64,000 nt of DNA from an uncultured Planctomycetia bacterium (GCA_964460615.1 CAYWPX010000001.1:120073-184072); one strand, 5' to 3'; shown: positions 52,151 through 59,839, numbered from the stretch's first letter. Translations and numbers: made by a program. Notes: a model not told the origin generated them from the sequence alone.

Positions 52151-52967
52151 AAAAGTCATCAAAGTCGGGATTGTCGGCTGTGGCGCTATAGGTTCTTACA
52201 TAGCCCTTAAATTGCAGAATAAAGATTTTTGTAAGAGCTTTACTGTTATTGGGGTCTCTGATTCCAATAAAGTTAGCGCAGAAATACTTAGAAAAAAGCT
52301 TAAACCGATTGTTAGGGTTTACGATCTTGTGGATCTTATAAGCGAATCGGATCTGGTCATAGAAGCGGCATCAATGAAGATTTCGTTCGAGGTTGCAAAA
52401 CTTGCATGTTTAGCCGGAAAAGATGCTCTTATTATGAGCGTCGGCGGGCTGATTGATAAAATGGAAATACTTGAGGTCCTGTGCAAAAATAATAACTGTC
52501 ATATTCATATTCCGAGCGGCGCAATTTGCGGTTTGGACGGCCTTAAGGCTGCTAAAATAGGCAGGATTACCGGTGTGAGGCTTACGACGAGAAAGCCGCC
52601 CAGGGGTTTAGTCGGGGCGCCGTATTTGGCTATAAAGAAAATTGATGTGACTAAAATAAAAAAAGAAACCCTGATCTTTGAAGGTAACGCTAAAGTGGCG
52701 GTAAAATATTTTCCGCAGAATATAAATGTAGCGGCAATTCTTTCTATGTGCGGTGTAGGAAGTTCCAAGACTATTGTAAGGATCGTGACTTCGCCAATTT
52801 ATACTAAAAATACGCATGAGGTGGAAGTGGAAGGGGATTTTGGTAAATTCATGGCAACAACTATCAACGAGCCGTCTAAAGAAAATCCCAAAACAAGCGC
52901 CTTGGCAATGCTTTCAGCGATAGCTAAGTTAAAAGATATGACAAGTTTTGTTAAGATAGGAACATAA
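52137..52967 (+). CDS. nadX: L-aspartate dehydrogenase
   Basis: [11 protein letters not shown] Rossmann motif, [11 protein letters not shown]; TTG start overlapping nadA. Confidence 0.8.
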   Translation: MLDTKKVIKVGIVGCGAIGSYIALKLQNKDFCKSFTVIGVSDSNKVSAEILRKKLKPIVRVYDLVDLISESDLVIEAASMKISFEVAKLACLAGKDALIMSVGGLIDKMEILEVLCKNNNCHIHIPSGAICGLDGLKAAKIGRITGVRLTTRKPPRGLVGAPYLAIKKIDVTKIKKETLIFEGNAKVAVKYFPQNINVAAILSMCGVGSSKTIVRIVTSPIYTKNTHEVEVEGDFGKFMATTINEPSKENPKTSALAMLSAIAKLKDMTSFVKIGT

Positions 52968-52971
52968 TAAG

Positions 52972-53178
52972 ATGGATTCGTGCAAAAATTATAAAAAGAA
53001 TTTAGAAAAGTGCGCCTGTACCTATTCTTCCTGTTCCAGAAAAGGATATTGCTGTGAATGCGTAAGCTATCACAGAAGTAACAACGAAATACCGGCATGC
53101 TTTTTTAATAGTTCATTTGAATCGACCTATGATAGATCCGTTAACAATTTTATAAAAATGGTTAAGGGCAATAAATAA
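52972..53178 (+). CDS. small cysteine-rich protein (8 Cys in 68 aa)
   Basis: CKNY...CACTYSSCSRKGYCCEC...ACFF; family name not verified. Confidence 0.5.
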   Translation: MDSCKNYKKNLEKCACTYSSCSRKGYCCECVSYHRSNNEIPACFFNSSFESTYDRSVNNFIKMVKGNK

Positions 53179-53255
53179 GGTAGTTATGGTTAGTTTTGCT
53201 TTTTGAGCAAAACTACCTTAAACATGACACCTAAAATAAAGGAGGTGATTCATAA

Positions 53256-53501
53256 ATGGCAACAAAAGTAGCTAAGGTAGGAGTAAAAAGGGAGAAGGGT
53301 TTCCTTTACTTCATTGATAAGAATGGAGACGTTTCCAAGGCTAAGATGGCAAGAGGCAAGCAGAAAGGCGGCAAACCTCAGAAAGTAGCCAAGGTTGGCG
53401 TAAAGAAAGAAAAAGGATATCTCTATTTCCTCGATAAGCAGGGTGACGTTTCCCAGGCAAAGATGGTCAGAGGCGGTAAGAAAAAATCCAAAAAAAGATA
53501 A
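53256..53501 (+). CDS. small basic protein with two internal ~35-aa repeats
   Basis: KVAKVGVK[RK]EKG[FY]LYF[IL]DK[NQ]GDVS[KQ]AKM[AV]RG occurs twice; nucleotide copies differ mainly at third codon positions; AAGGAGG SD. Confidence 0.55.
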   Translation: MATKVAKVGVKREKGFLYFIDKNGDVSKAKMARGKQKGGKPQKVAKVGVKKEKGYLYFLDKQGDVSQAKMVRGGKKKSKKR

Positions 53502-53529
53502 TATTTTATCTTTTGTAGTATAAAAAAAG

Positions 53530-53575
53530 AACAGGTTTCCAAGAGATTAATCTCATGGAAACCTGTTTTTTCTTT
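53530..53575 (+). terminator. intrinsic terminator
   Basis: AACAGGTTTCC-loop-GGAAACCTGTT followed by TTTTTTCTTT. Confidence 0.7.
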
Positions 53576-53580
53576 AAAGC

Positions 53581-53609
53581 TTGCAGTAAAACCTCCTCTA
53601 AGGTATAAT
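53581..53609 (+). promoter_or_regulatory. sigma70-type promoter, predicted leaderless transcript
   Basis: TTGCAG-17 nt-TATAAT; the -10 ends 6 nt before ATG 53616. Confidence 0.5.
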
Positions 53610-53615
53610 TTATTT

Positions 53616-53969
53616 ATGAAAATAATAATAGATTTTATAACTCTTAATGAATTAAACCAGATGGCTCAAGCGATGTTTGGGGATATGGTTAAGGCTGTTG
53701 TTGATATAGATAGAGAGATTATAGCTCTTGATGCTGAACTTCATTCGGATCTTGAGGCATTACTTATTAAGGATGGTTCGAAGCAGAAAAATCTTTGGGG
53801 AATCAATTTTTATCCAGTTGTTGAAGGGGATGATTTTGTAGAATTTGATTCTTTAATTAATATCCGCCCATCTCAAGGCAATAAAAGCCGCAGCGTAGAT
53901 GACCTATCAATCCGAAAAAAAATTCTGGAAATCGTAGCAAAAAAGGTAAAAAATGAGTCTTCAACATAA
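53616..53969 (+). CDS. DUF5674-like small protein (recalled family resemblance, unverified)
   Basis: 117 aa; VKAVVDI...ELHSD.EALL..DGSKQ..LWGINFYP...FDSLINIRP..GN.SR pattern. Confidence 0.55.
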   Translation: MKIIIDFITLNELNQMAQAMFGDMVKAVVDIDREIIALDAELHSDLEALLIKDGSKQKNLWGINFYPVVEGDDFVEFDSLINIRPSQGNKSRSVDDLSIRKKILEIVAKKVKNESST

Positions 53970-54285
53970 AGATCTTGCCGCTGGACGCTGGAAAGAAATG
54001 TCTTTTGTGGACCAGATGGCAAATATCGGTAGCGAGGTTGAAAGGGCGTTAAACTGGCGAGCAAAGAATAATGCTTCTTTAAGCCAAAAAGCTCTTGAGC
54101 GTGCATTGGAATTATTGGATCTTTCTTTGGATGCAGTCAGTGAGATGTCGCGCCTTAAAGAACTGGCTCGTATACGCGAAACTATGGTAGATTTTTTTAT
54201 CGGCACAAATGAATTTAAGTCTAGCGAAATATTATGGAAAAGGTATTTTTTGCCGTTTGCCTATGCTTCCCGCCTGAAACATTAA
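53953..54285 (+). CDS. hypothetical protein, translationally coupled to upstream gene
   Basis: 110-aa ORF overlapping the previous gene by 17 nt; predicted helical. Confidence 0.5.
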   Translation: MSLQHKDLAAGRWKEMSFVDQMANIGSEVERALNWRAKNNASLSQKALERALELLDLSLDAVSEMSRLKELARIRETMVDFFIGTNEFKSSEILWKRYFLPFAYASRLKH

Positions 54286-54323
54286 TTATTAGACCTAAGC
54301 TATCAGCCTTTAGCGCGATCACT

Positions 54324-54491
54324 AGCACAAGAACACATGAGCACAAGACACAGGAGTACAAGTACACAAGATCACTCGTCGCAAGTTTAAAGCTTTTACC
54401 GGTGCTCTTGTGACTGGTGCTCTGGTGACAGCAACGTTGGAGCCCTGGTGTCCTAATTATGCTGATAGCTGATTTCTGAAAACTGAAAGCT
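54324..54491 (+). repeat. composite intergenic array: 8-nt CACAAG-type units, partly complementary GGTGCTC units, then GCTGAWA heptads abutting the start codon
   Basis: AGCACAAG AACACATG AGCACAAG ACACAGG AGTACAAG TACACAAG; GGTGCTC TTGTGAC TGGTGCT CTGGTGA; GCTGATA GCTGATT TCTGAAA ACTGAAA GCT. Confidence 0.7.
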
Positions 54492-54496
54492 AAAAA

Positions 54497-55648
54497 ATGG
54501 ATAAAGTTAGACTTATTGCTACATCGACATTCGGGCTGGAAGCTATGGTTAAGCGTGAGCTTAGCAATCTCGGCTTTTATGACACGACCGGTGCTGATGG
54601 AAGAGTGGAATTCGACGCTAACTTAGCTGATATCCCGCGTTTAAATATAAATCTAAGAACTGCCGATAGAGTACTCTTAAAAATAGGTGAATTTAAAGCA
54701 TTTGATTTCGGCGAGCTTTTTGACGGGACAAAGGTACTTCCCTGGGAAGATTGGATACCTAAGGACGGTAAGATAAATGTCAGCGGTAAATGTGTCAAAT
54801 CTACTCTAATGAGTGTGCGCAGCTGTCAGTCGATAGTCAAAAAAGCTATTGTCGATAGATTAAAAGATAAATTAAAGACTGATTTGCTTCCTGAGTCTGG
54901 CCTGGAGTTTGGTATTCAGGTAGCAATGCTGAAGGATGCGGCTTTACTTACGCTAGATACTTCCGGAGCAGGGTTACACAAACGCGGCTATCGAACAGAA
55001 TCCGGTGAAGTTCCTATGCGAGAAAATCTTGCAGCTGCACTTGTAATGCTAAGTTCCTGGAAAAAAGATAAATTGCTCATAGATCCTATGTGCGGCTCAG
55101 GGACCATCCTCATAGAAGCCGCTATGATAGCCCGGAATATTGCTCCCGGATTAAAGCGTAAATTTGCCTCCGAGGATTGGCCTAAGATTGAAAAAAAGTA
55201 TTGGGACGAGGCGCGTAAGGCCGCTCGAGAGGCCATTAAGACCGAGGGGGTTTTAAATATTCTAGGTTTCGATATAGATCCGGATAGGATAAGGGATTGT
55301 AAGATTAACGCCAAAAATGCCGGAGTAGATAAGGACATAGTTTTTGAGGAAAAAGATATCAGAGAACTAAGGATAGATAAGCCGTCCGGCTATATTATCT
55401 CCAATCCTCCGTATGGTGTTGAGATGGGGACATTAAAAGAGTTGACGCATTTATATATCCTGATCCACAATATGTTTCGAAAGAAACTCGGCTGGGCAGT
55501 TTATATAATAACCGCAGATAAAAGATTTCCGGATTTTTTTAAACGCGCTAAACCTGACAGGGTAAGGAAGCTATTTAACGGTGGCCTGGAGGTAAATTAT
55601 TATCAGTATTTTGCAAAAGAGATAGAAAAGAAGGCAACTAGCTCATAG
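54497..55648 (+). CDS. THUMP-domain class I SAM-dependent RNA methyltransferase (RlmL/COG0116-like)
   Basis: N-terminal THUMP-like region; methyltransferase motifs IDPMCGSGT and ISNPPYG. Confidence 0.8.
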   Translation: MDKVRLIATSTFGLEAMVKRELSNLGFYDTTGADGRVEFDANLADIPRLNINLRTADRVLLKIGEFKAFDFGELFDGTKVLPWEDWIPKDGKINVSGKCVKSTLMSVRSCQSIVKKAIVDRLKDKLKTDLLPESGLEFGIQVAMLKDAALLTLDTSGAGLHKRGYRTESGEVPMRENLAAALVMLSSWKKDKLLIDPMCGSGTILIEAAMIARNIAPGLKRKFASEDWPKIEKKYWDEARKAAREAIKTEGVLNILGFDIDPDRIRDCKINAKNAGVDKDIVFEEKDIRELRIDKPSGYIISNPPYGVEMGTLKELTHLYILIHNMFRKKLGWAVYIITADKRFPDFFKRAKPDRVRKLFNGGLEVNYYQYFAKEIEKKATSS

Positions 55649-55711
55649 CTCATTGCTCATAGTTCATAGTAAAAGCAATAACTGAAAGCTGATAGCTGAT
55701 AGCTGAAAGCT
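55640..55711 (+). repeat. heptad array pair: (AGCTCAT)x4 overlapping the stop codon, spacer, (GCTGAWA)x4
   Basis: AGCTCAT AGCTCAT TGCTCAT AGTTCAT ...17 nt... ACTGAAA GCTGATA GCTGATA GCTGAAA GCT. Confidence 0.75.
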
Positions 55712-55731
55712 AATTTGATAGGAAATAAAAA

Positions 55732-55986
55732 ATGTCAAAGATTAAACTGGATATGCATGATATATTTAATAAGTCCGAAGAGATTGAGTTGGAGCTTAAT
55801 AGGGTTATTGATGAAGCAATGCGAAAAAAGATCCAGCTTGTTGAGATAATCCCGGGTAAGGGGAGCGGCCAACTCAAAAAACATGTACTAAGATTTTTAC
55901 AAAATCCGGAAATCAAAAAACTATATCATCGCATAGAAAAAGACGATAAGAATTTTGGCAGGATCTTTGTGCATTTTAAGTTTTAA
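55732..55986 (+). CDS. Smr-domain protein
   Basis: 84 aa; LDMHD...IIPGKGSGQLKKHV matches the Smr LDLHG...HGKG pattern. Confidence 0.7.
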   Translation: MSKIKLDMHDIFNKSEEIELELNRVIDEAMRKKIQLVEIIPGKGSGQLKKHVLRFLQNPEIKKLYHRIEKDDKNFGRIFVHFKF

Positions 55987-55991
55987 GAGAA

Positions 55992-56064
55992 TGGCTCATG
56001 GTTCATAGCTCATTGCTCATAGTAAAAGCAAGAACTGAAGACTGTGAGCTGAAAGCTGAAAGCT
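55992..56064 (+). repeat. heptad array pair (GCTCAT-type then GCTGAA-type)
   Basis: GGCTCAT GGTTCAT AGCTCAT TGCTCAT ... GAGCTGAA AGCTGAA AGCT, ending 8 nt before ATG 56073. Confidence 0.75.
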
Positions 56065-56072
56065 AAAAAATA

Positions 56073-56765
56073 ATGACTAAAGAAATTCTATCCAAAGATA
56101 TACCAGCACCGAAGCTTATCAGATCCCGAAGGCGAAGCATCGCCTTGGAAGTCAGGCATGACGGCACCCTTGTAGTGAGGGCGCCGCATTTTCTTCCGGA
56201 TGCCCAAATACGAGAGTTTATTAGTAAGAGGCGCGCTTGGATAGATAATGTTTATAATCGTACACGTGAGAAGTTGCAATTATTTAAACCTAAGCAATTT
56301 GTTAATGGTGAGAAATTTCTTTATCTAGGCAATGAGTATACTCTGCATATAACCCAGGATATGGACGGTAAGTTTCTTTTTGAAAACCAATTTATACTTA
56401 ATGAACGGTATATAGCTAAAGCAAAAATACTCTTTGAGCGTTGGTATAGACAAGAGGCATTTATGCTTTTTACCAAAAGATGCAAATGCTATGCTCAATA
56501 TATGAGTGTAAGCTATAAAAGTATCAGTCTATCAAATGCCAAACACCGCTGGGGTTCATGCTATCCGAATGGAGGGCTTGGATTTAATTGGCGTTTAGTG
56601 ATGGCGCCGGAATGCATTATTGATTATGTAGTTGTGCATGAATTGGCGCATCTGGTTGAGGCCAATCACTCTAAACGGTTTTGGGCGCTAGTAGAAAAAA
56701 CGTTTCCAAATTATAAAGAAGCAAAGTTATGGCTAAGGGATAATCAACATAGGCTTAAGATATAA
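56073..56765 (+). CDS. YgjP-like M48-family metallopeptidase (DUF45/SprT-like, HExxH)
   Basis: HELAHLVEANHSKRFWALVE zinc motif; 230 aa. Confidence 0.8.
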   Translation: MTKEILSKDIPAPKLIRSRRRSIALEVRHDGTLVVRAPHFLPDAQIREFISKRRAWIDNVYNRTREKLQLFKPKQFVNGEKFLYLGNEYTLHITQDMDGKFLFENQFILNERYIAKAKILFERWYRQEAFMLFTKRCKCYAQYMSVSYKSISLSNAKHRWGSCYPNGGLGFNWRLVMAPECIIDYVVVHELAHLVEANHSKRFWALVEKTFPNYKEAKLWLRDNQHRLKI

Positions 56766-56880
56766 GCTCATAGCTCATGGTTCATAGCTCATACTAGAAA
56801 TAGTACGCAGTACACTGTACAAAGTACACAGTAAAAACATTACTTGTGTTCTGGTGACTGATAGCTGAAAGCTGACGACT
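56766..56880 (+). repeat. heptad arrays: (GCTCATA)x4, (AGTACAC)x5, GCTGA-type units
   Basis: GCTCATA GCTCATG GTTCATA GCTCATA; AGTACGC AGTACAC TGTACAA AGTACAC AGTAAAA; GATAGCT GAAAGCT GACGACT. Confidence 0.75.
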
Positions 56881-56912
56881 TCCGCCACAAAGCGTTGGCG
56901 GACAAGGATAGC
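56879..56912 (+). repeat. hairpin repeat element CTTCCGCCA-N8-TGGCGGACARG, copy 1
   Basis: Same ~35-nt element recurs at 59805-59839; rearranged variant at 59144-59191. Confidence 0.7.
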
Positions 56913-57105
56913 CAATATATTTATCCTTCACAATAATCCAATCAACAAATCTCCGATTTAATTTCAAATGTAGAAAATAATCAGAAAAAAGTAGACTGAA
57001 ACTATGTCCTTCCAAAACACTCCGTTATATAATTAAATATATTGAAAAAAGGAACGATCAGAAAATTGTCTGCCGTAAGACAGTCTTAAATCGAAAGGAG
57101 ATTGT

Positions 57106-57753
57106 ATGTTCACGCATCATGGGAAAACAATGATCGACCCGAAAGATTCTGTGCTTTTACTAATTGACCATCAAAGCGGTTTATTTAATCTTGTTAAAGA
57201 TATGGAAGTTGTTGATCTGCGCAATCATGTCATAGCTCTTGCCAAGGTGGCAACTAAGCTAAATATCCCTGTTATCACTACTGCCTCAGTGCCGGAAGGG
57301 GCAAATGGGCCGGTTATTCCGGAGATTAAGGTATTTGCTCCAAACGTTAAGTACATTCCGAGGCAAGGCCAGATAAATGCGTGGGATGTGCCTCTCTTTG
57401 TAAGTGCGGTTGAAGAGACAAAGCGTAAAACCCTTATTATGACCGGCACGCTCACAAGCGTATGCCTGGCATTCCCGGCCTTATCGGCAGCGTCAGCCGG
57501 ATACAAGGTATATGCAGTTGTGGATGCATCGGGGAACTGGAGCAAGATGGCGACGGATCTCACGATAGCGCGTCTCGCTCAGGCAGGAGTTATACCTATA
57601 GATACGTTCGCTGTCATAGGCGAGCTGCAGCAGACCTGGAACCGGCCTGATGCATTGGATTATGCCGAGATATTCGGTGAAAATATAATACCAAATTACC
57701 GTTTGCTTATGGAAAGCAAAAGCAATATTCAGGAGCCTGTTTACCAAAAATAG
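57106..57753 (+). CDS. isochorismatase-family hydrolase
   Basis: LLLIDHQ motif and catalytic Cys in TGTLTSVCL; 215 aa. Confidence 0.8.
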   Translation: MFTHHGKTMIDPKDSVLLLIDHQSGLFNLVKDMEVVDLRNHVIALAKVATKLNIPVITTASVPEGANGPVIPEIKVFAPNVKYIPRQGQINAWDVPLFVSAVEETKRKTLIMTGTLTSVCLAFPALSAASAGYKVYAVVDASGNWSKMATDLTIARLAQAGVIPIDTFAVIGELQQTWNRPDALDYAEIFGENIIPNYRLLMESKSNIQEPVYQK

Positions 57754-57792
57754 TTGCGTAATTAGAAGAAATTTATTTATTAAATCATAAAA

Positions 57793-57821
57793 AGGAGCTC
57801 ATTTTTGGGCTCCTTTTTTTG
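57793..57821 (+). terminator. intrinsic terminator after the isochorismatase gene
   Basis: AGGAGC-loop-GCTCCT followed by TTTTTTT. Confidence 0.6.
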
Positions 57822-57932
57822 TTCAAATTCAGGTATTTTGCCTTGTATAGGAAATCACTAAGTGCTATAATTAATCATTATAAAAGGAAACAAGCGTGAG
57901 CGAACGTAACTATAATTAGTGTTACTAGATAA

Positions 57933-57962
57933 GCAATCCCTATGGAGGGGGTTGCTTTTTTT
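57933..57962 (+). terminator. intrinsic terminator
   Basis: GCAATCCC-tatggag-GGGGTTGC followed by TTTTTTT. Confidence 0.65.
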
Positions 57963-58042
57963 GTTGGAAGGGTGATGGGGGTAGGCTTCAGGTCGCAGGT
58001 CGCCCCTCGTTTTACCCGGGGTTTACTGTGGTTGCAAGTGAA

Positions 58043-58115
58043 GATTTAAAACCTGAGACTTGCTACCGCAATCTGCGTGTGTTTCGAGCGAAGCAGAGGG
58101 ATAACCTGTGACATG
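58043..58115 (+). repeat. ~70-nt direct repeat, copy A (upstream of the DUF1559 gene)
   Basis: TTTAAA..AGACTTGCTA.C...AATC.GCG.GTGT..CGAGCGAAGCAGAGGGAT shared with 58906-58978. Confidence 0.7.
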
Positions 58116-58179
58116 TAACATAATAACTGATGGCTAATGACTGATAGGAAAATTATCAGAGTAAATTTAAAAGAATATT

Positions 58180-58878
58180 ATGAATAAAAACAATTCTTTA
58201 AAAGGATTTACTTTATTAGAACTTTTGGTTGTTATTGTTGTTATTGGTGTCTTGGCAGGGCTTCTTCTCCCCGTTATGAGCGGAGTCAGGGAGCAGGGTA
58301 GGCGTATTACTTGTCTCAACAATCTTCGCCAGCAAGGTATTGCATGGTATATGTATCTTGATGAGCATAATGATTGTTTTCCTGCATATAGTGATCCTCC
58401 AAATGATACGCAATGTATGGAAACCACTTTTGGGGGCAAAGCCGGTGATAGTGGGTTCGCAGCTACGTCGAGACCTCTTAATCGATATCTCGGGATAAAC
58501 AATACAACTCCTGCGGACGTTTTTCATTGTCCCGACGATATAAAAGCAGCTCAAGGCCAGAGCAGAACAGTCTTCGATGTTTTTGGGAACTCATATTATA
58601 TTAACCCATGCATTTTACTTTATGGGGTGACGGATAGAAGGCCCTTGGCTTCAATCACCAATCCACGTAATAAGGTGTGGTTTGAGATGTGTTCTTTGGA
58701 TATGGTCCCGGGACATAGTGGAAAAGGATTTCAAGGTAATTTCACGCCAGTAATGGTGCTTTTTGTAGATGGGCATGTAAAGGGGCCGTATCTTTCTGAC
58801 AGTGAATTTGACTGGTTTGATAATCCATCAAAATCCGTATGCTGGTATCCTAATGCTACAGAGGATCCTCTTGATTAG
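58180..58878 (+). CDS. prepilin-type N-terminal cleavage/methylation domain protein, DUF1559 (H-X9-DG) family
   Basis: KGFTLLELLVVIVVIG prepilin leader, conserved CxNNLRQ region, C-terminal LFVDGHV. Confidence 0.85.
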   Translation: MNKNNSLKGFTLLELLVVIVVIGVLAGLLLPVMSGVREQGRRITCLNNLRQQGIAWYMYLDEHNDCFPAYSDPPNDTQCMETTFGGKAGDSGFAATSRPLNRYLGINNTTPADVFHCPDDIKAAQGQSRTVFDVFGNSYYINPCILLYGVTDRRPLASITNPRNKVWFEMCSLDMVPGHSGKGFQGNFTPVMVLFVDGHVKGPYLSDSEFDWFDNPSKSVCWYPNATEDPLD

Positions 58879-58905
58879 GAGAGTAGGGTTTTATATTGCT
58901 AGTAA

Positions 58906-58978
58906 AATTTAAACTTAAGACTTGCTATCTGTAATCAGCGGGTGTCCCGAGCGAAGCAGAGGGATGGCATGGAACAGG
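58906..58978 (+). repeat. ~70-nt direct repeat, copy B (downstream of the DUF1559 gene)
   Basis: About 80% identical to 58043-58115 in the same orientation. Confidence 0.7.
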
Positions 58979-59034
58979 AGTTTTGAAAGCTGATTTTAAA
59001 AATAGTTATCTATCCTGTCAAATTCGTAAAATTT

Positions 59035-59082
59035 AGATATAACTTATTTTAAATCAAATATTATACAGTGGTGCCAGGCACC
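59035..59082 (+). repeat. conserved upstream element ending in palindrome GGTGCC-A-GGCACC, copy 1
   Basis: AGATATAACTTATTTTAAATCAAATA..TTATA..GTGGTGCCAGGCACC; near-identical at 61088-61136, partial at 63202-63239. Confidence 0.75.
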
Positions 59083-59143
59083 AGAAAAAGTACTGGAGCT
59101 CGTGATCGTACTGATAACTCCAGCTACAAAGCTTCGACATAAA

Positions 59144-59191
59144 CCATTGGCGGATAAAGTTGGCGGGCAAGGATAGCTGATCGCTGATAGG
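59144..59191 (+). repeat. variant of the CCGCCA/TGGCGG element fused to GCTGATA heptads, ending at the SD
   Basis: ACCATTGGCGGATAAAGTTGGCGGGCAAGGATAGCTGATCGCTGATAGG; left arm inverted relative to the copies at 56879 and 59805. Confidence 0.6.
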
Positions 59192-59200
59192 AGGAAAACC

Positions 59201-59788
59201 ATGAAAGTAATAGCATTTAACGGCAGCTCGCGAAAAGAAGGTAATACTGCAATTCTAATTAAGCTTGTGCTTAAGGAATTAGAGAAAGATGGTATCAAGA
59301 CTGAACTAGTGGAATTGGCCGGTGAAAAAATTCAAGGTTGCATTGCCTGTTACAAATGTGTTGCCAACAAAGATAAAAAATGCGCCATAAATGACGACAT
59401 AGTTAACGAGTGTATAGATAAAATGGATAAGGCGGATGGTATTATCATAGGTTCCCCTACATATTTTGCTGATTGCACTTCACAGACAAAGGCGCTTATT
59501 GAACGGGCTGGGTTTGTATCGAGAGCAAATGGAGGTATGTTTAAGCGTAAAATAGGTGCCGCAGTTGTATCTGTGAGGCGAGCTGGGGCGATACATGCTT
59601 TTAATAGTATAAATCACTTTTTTACAATAGGTGAGATGATAATAGTCGGGTCTAGCTACTGGAATATAGGTATAGGTAGAGAAATCGGCGATGTGGAAAA
59701 AGACGAAGAAGGTTTAAAGGTAATGAGTACACTTGGGAAGAATATGGCGTGGTTACTTAAGAAGATAGCTCCAGGCTCTGGGCTCTAG
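59201..59788 (+). CDS. flavodoxin-like NADPH-dependent FMN reductase / iron-sulfur flavoprotein family
   Basis: MKVIAFNGSSRKEGNT, GSPTYF flavin-binding motifs; Cys cluster CIACYKC...C; GGAGGA SD. Confidence 0.8.
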   Translation: MKVIAFNGSSRKEGNTAILIKLVLKELEKDGIKTELVELAGEKIQGCIACYKCVANKDKKCAINDDIVNECIDKMDKADGIIIGSPTYFADCTSQTKALIERAGFVSRANGGMFKRKIGAAVVSVRRAGAIHAFNSINHFFTIGEMIIVGSSYWNIGIGREIGDVEKDEEGLKVMSTLGKNMAWLLKKIAPGSGL

Positions 59789-59804
59789 GGAAAAAGCTCA
59801 TGGC

Positions 59805-59839
59805 TTCCGCCACAAAGCGTTGGCGGACAGGCATGGCGC
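59805..59839 (+). repeat. hairpin repeat element CTTCCGCCA-N8-TGGCGGACAGG, copy 2
   Basis: Same element as 56879-56912. Confidence 0.7.

Noticed and set aside
54286-56912. CRISPR array as an explanation for the tandem short repeats
   Set aside because: Units are only 7-8 nt, directly adjacent without spacers, degenerate, and differ between sites; no cas genes in the window.
54286-57105. Integron cassette array with attC sites
   Set aside because: Spacers lack recognisable attC core sites (RYYYAAC / GTTRRRY) and no integrase gene is present; the cassette-like appearance is reported as an observation, not as an integron.
58043-58115. TPP riboswitch (CCTGAGA and GCAGAGGGA resemble THI-box pieces)
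   Set aside because: Only fragments match; the conserved ACCUGAUC...GCGUAGGGA core and the expected helices are not present.
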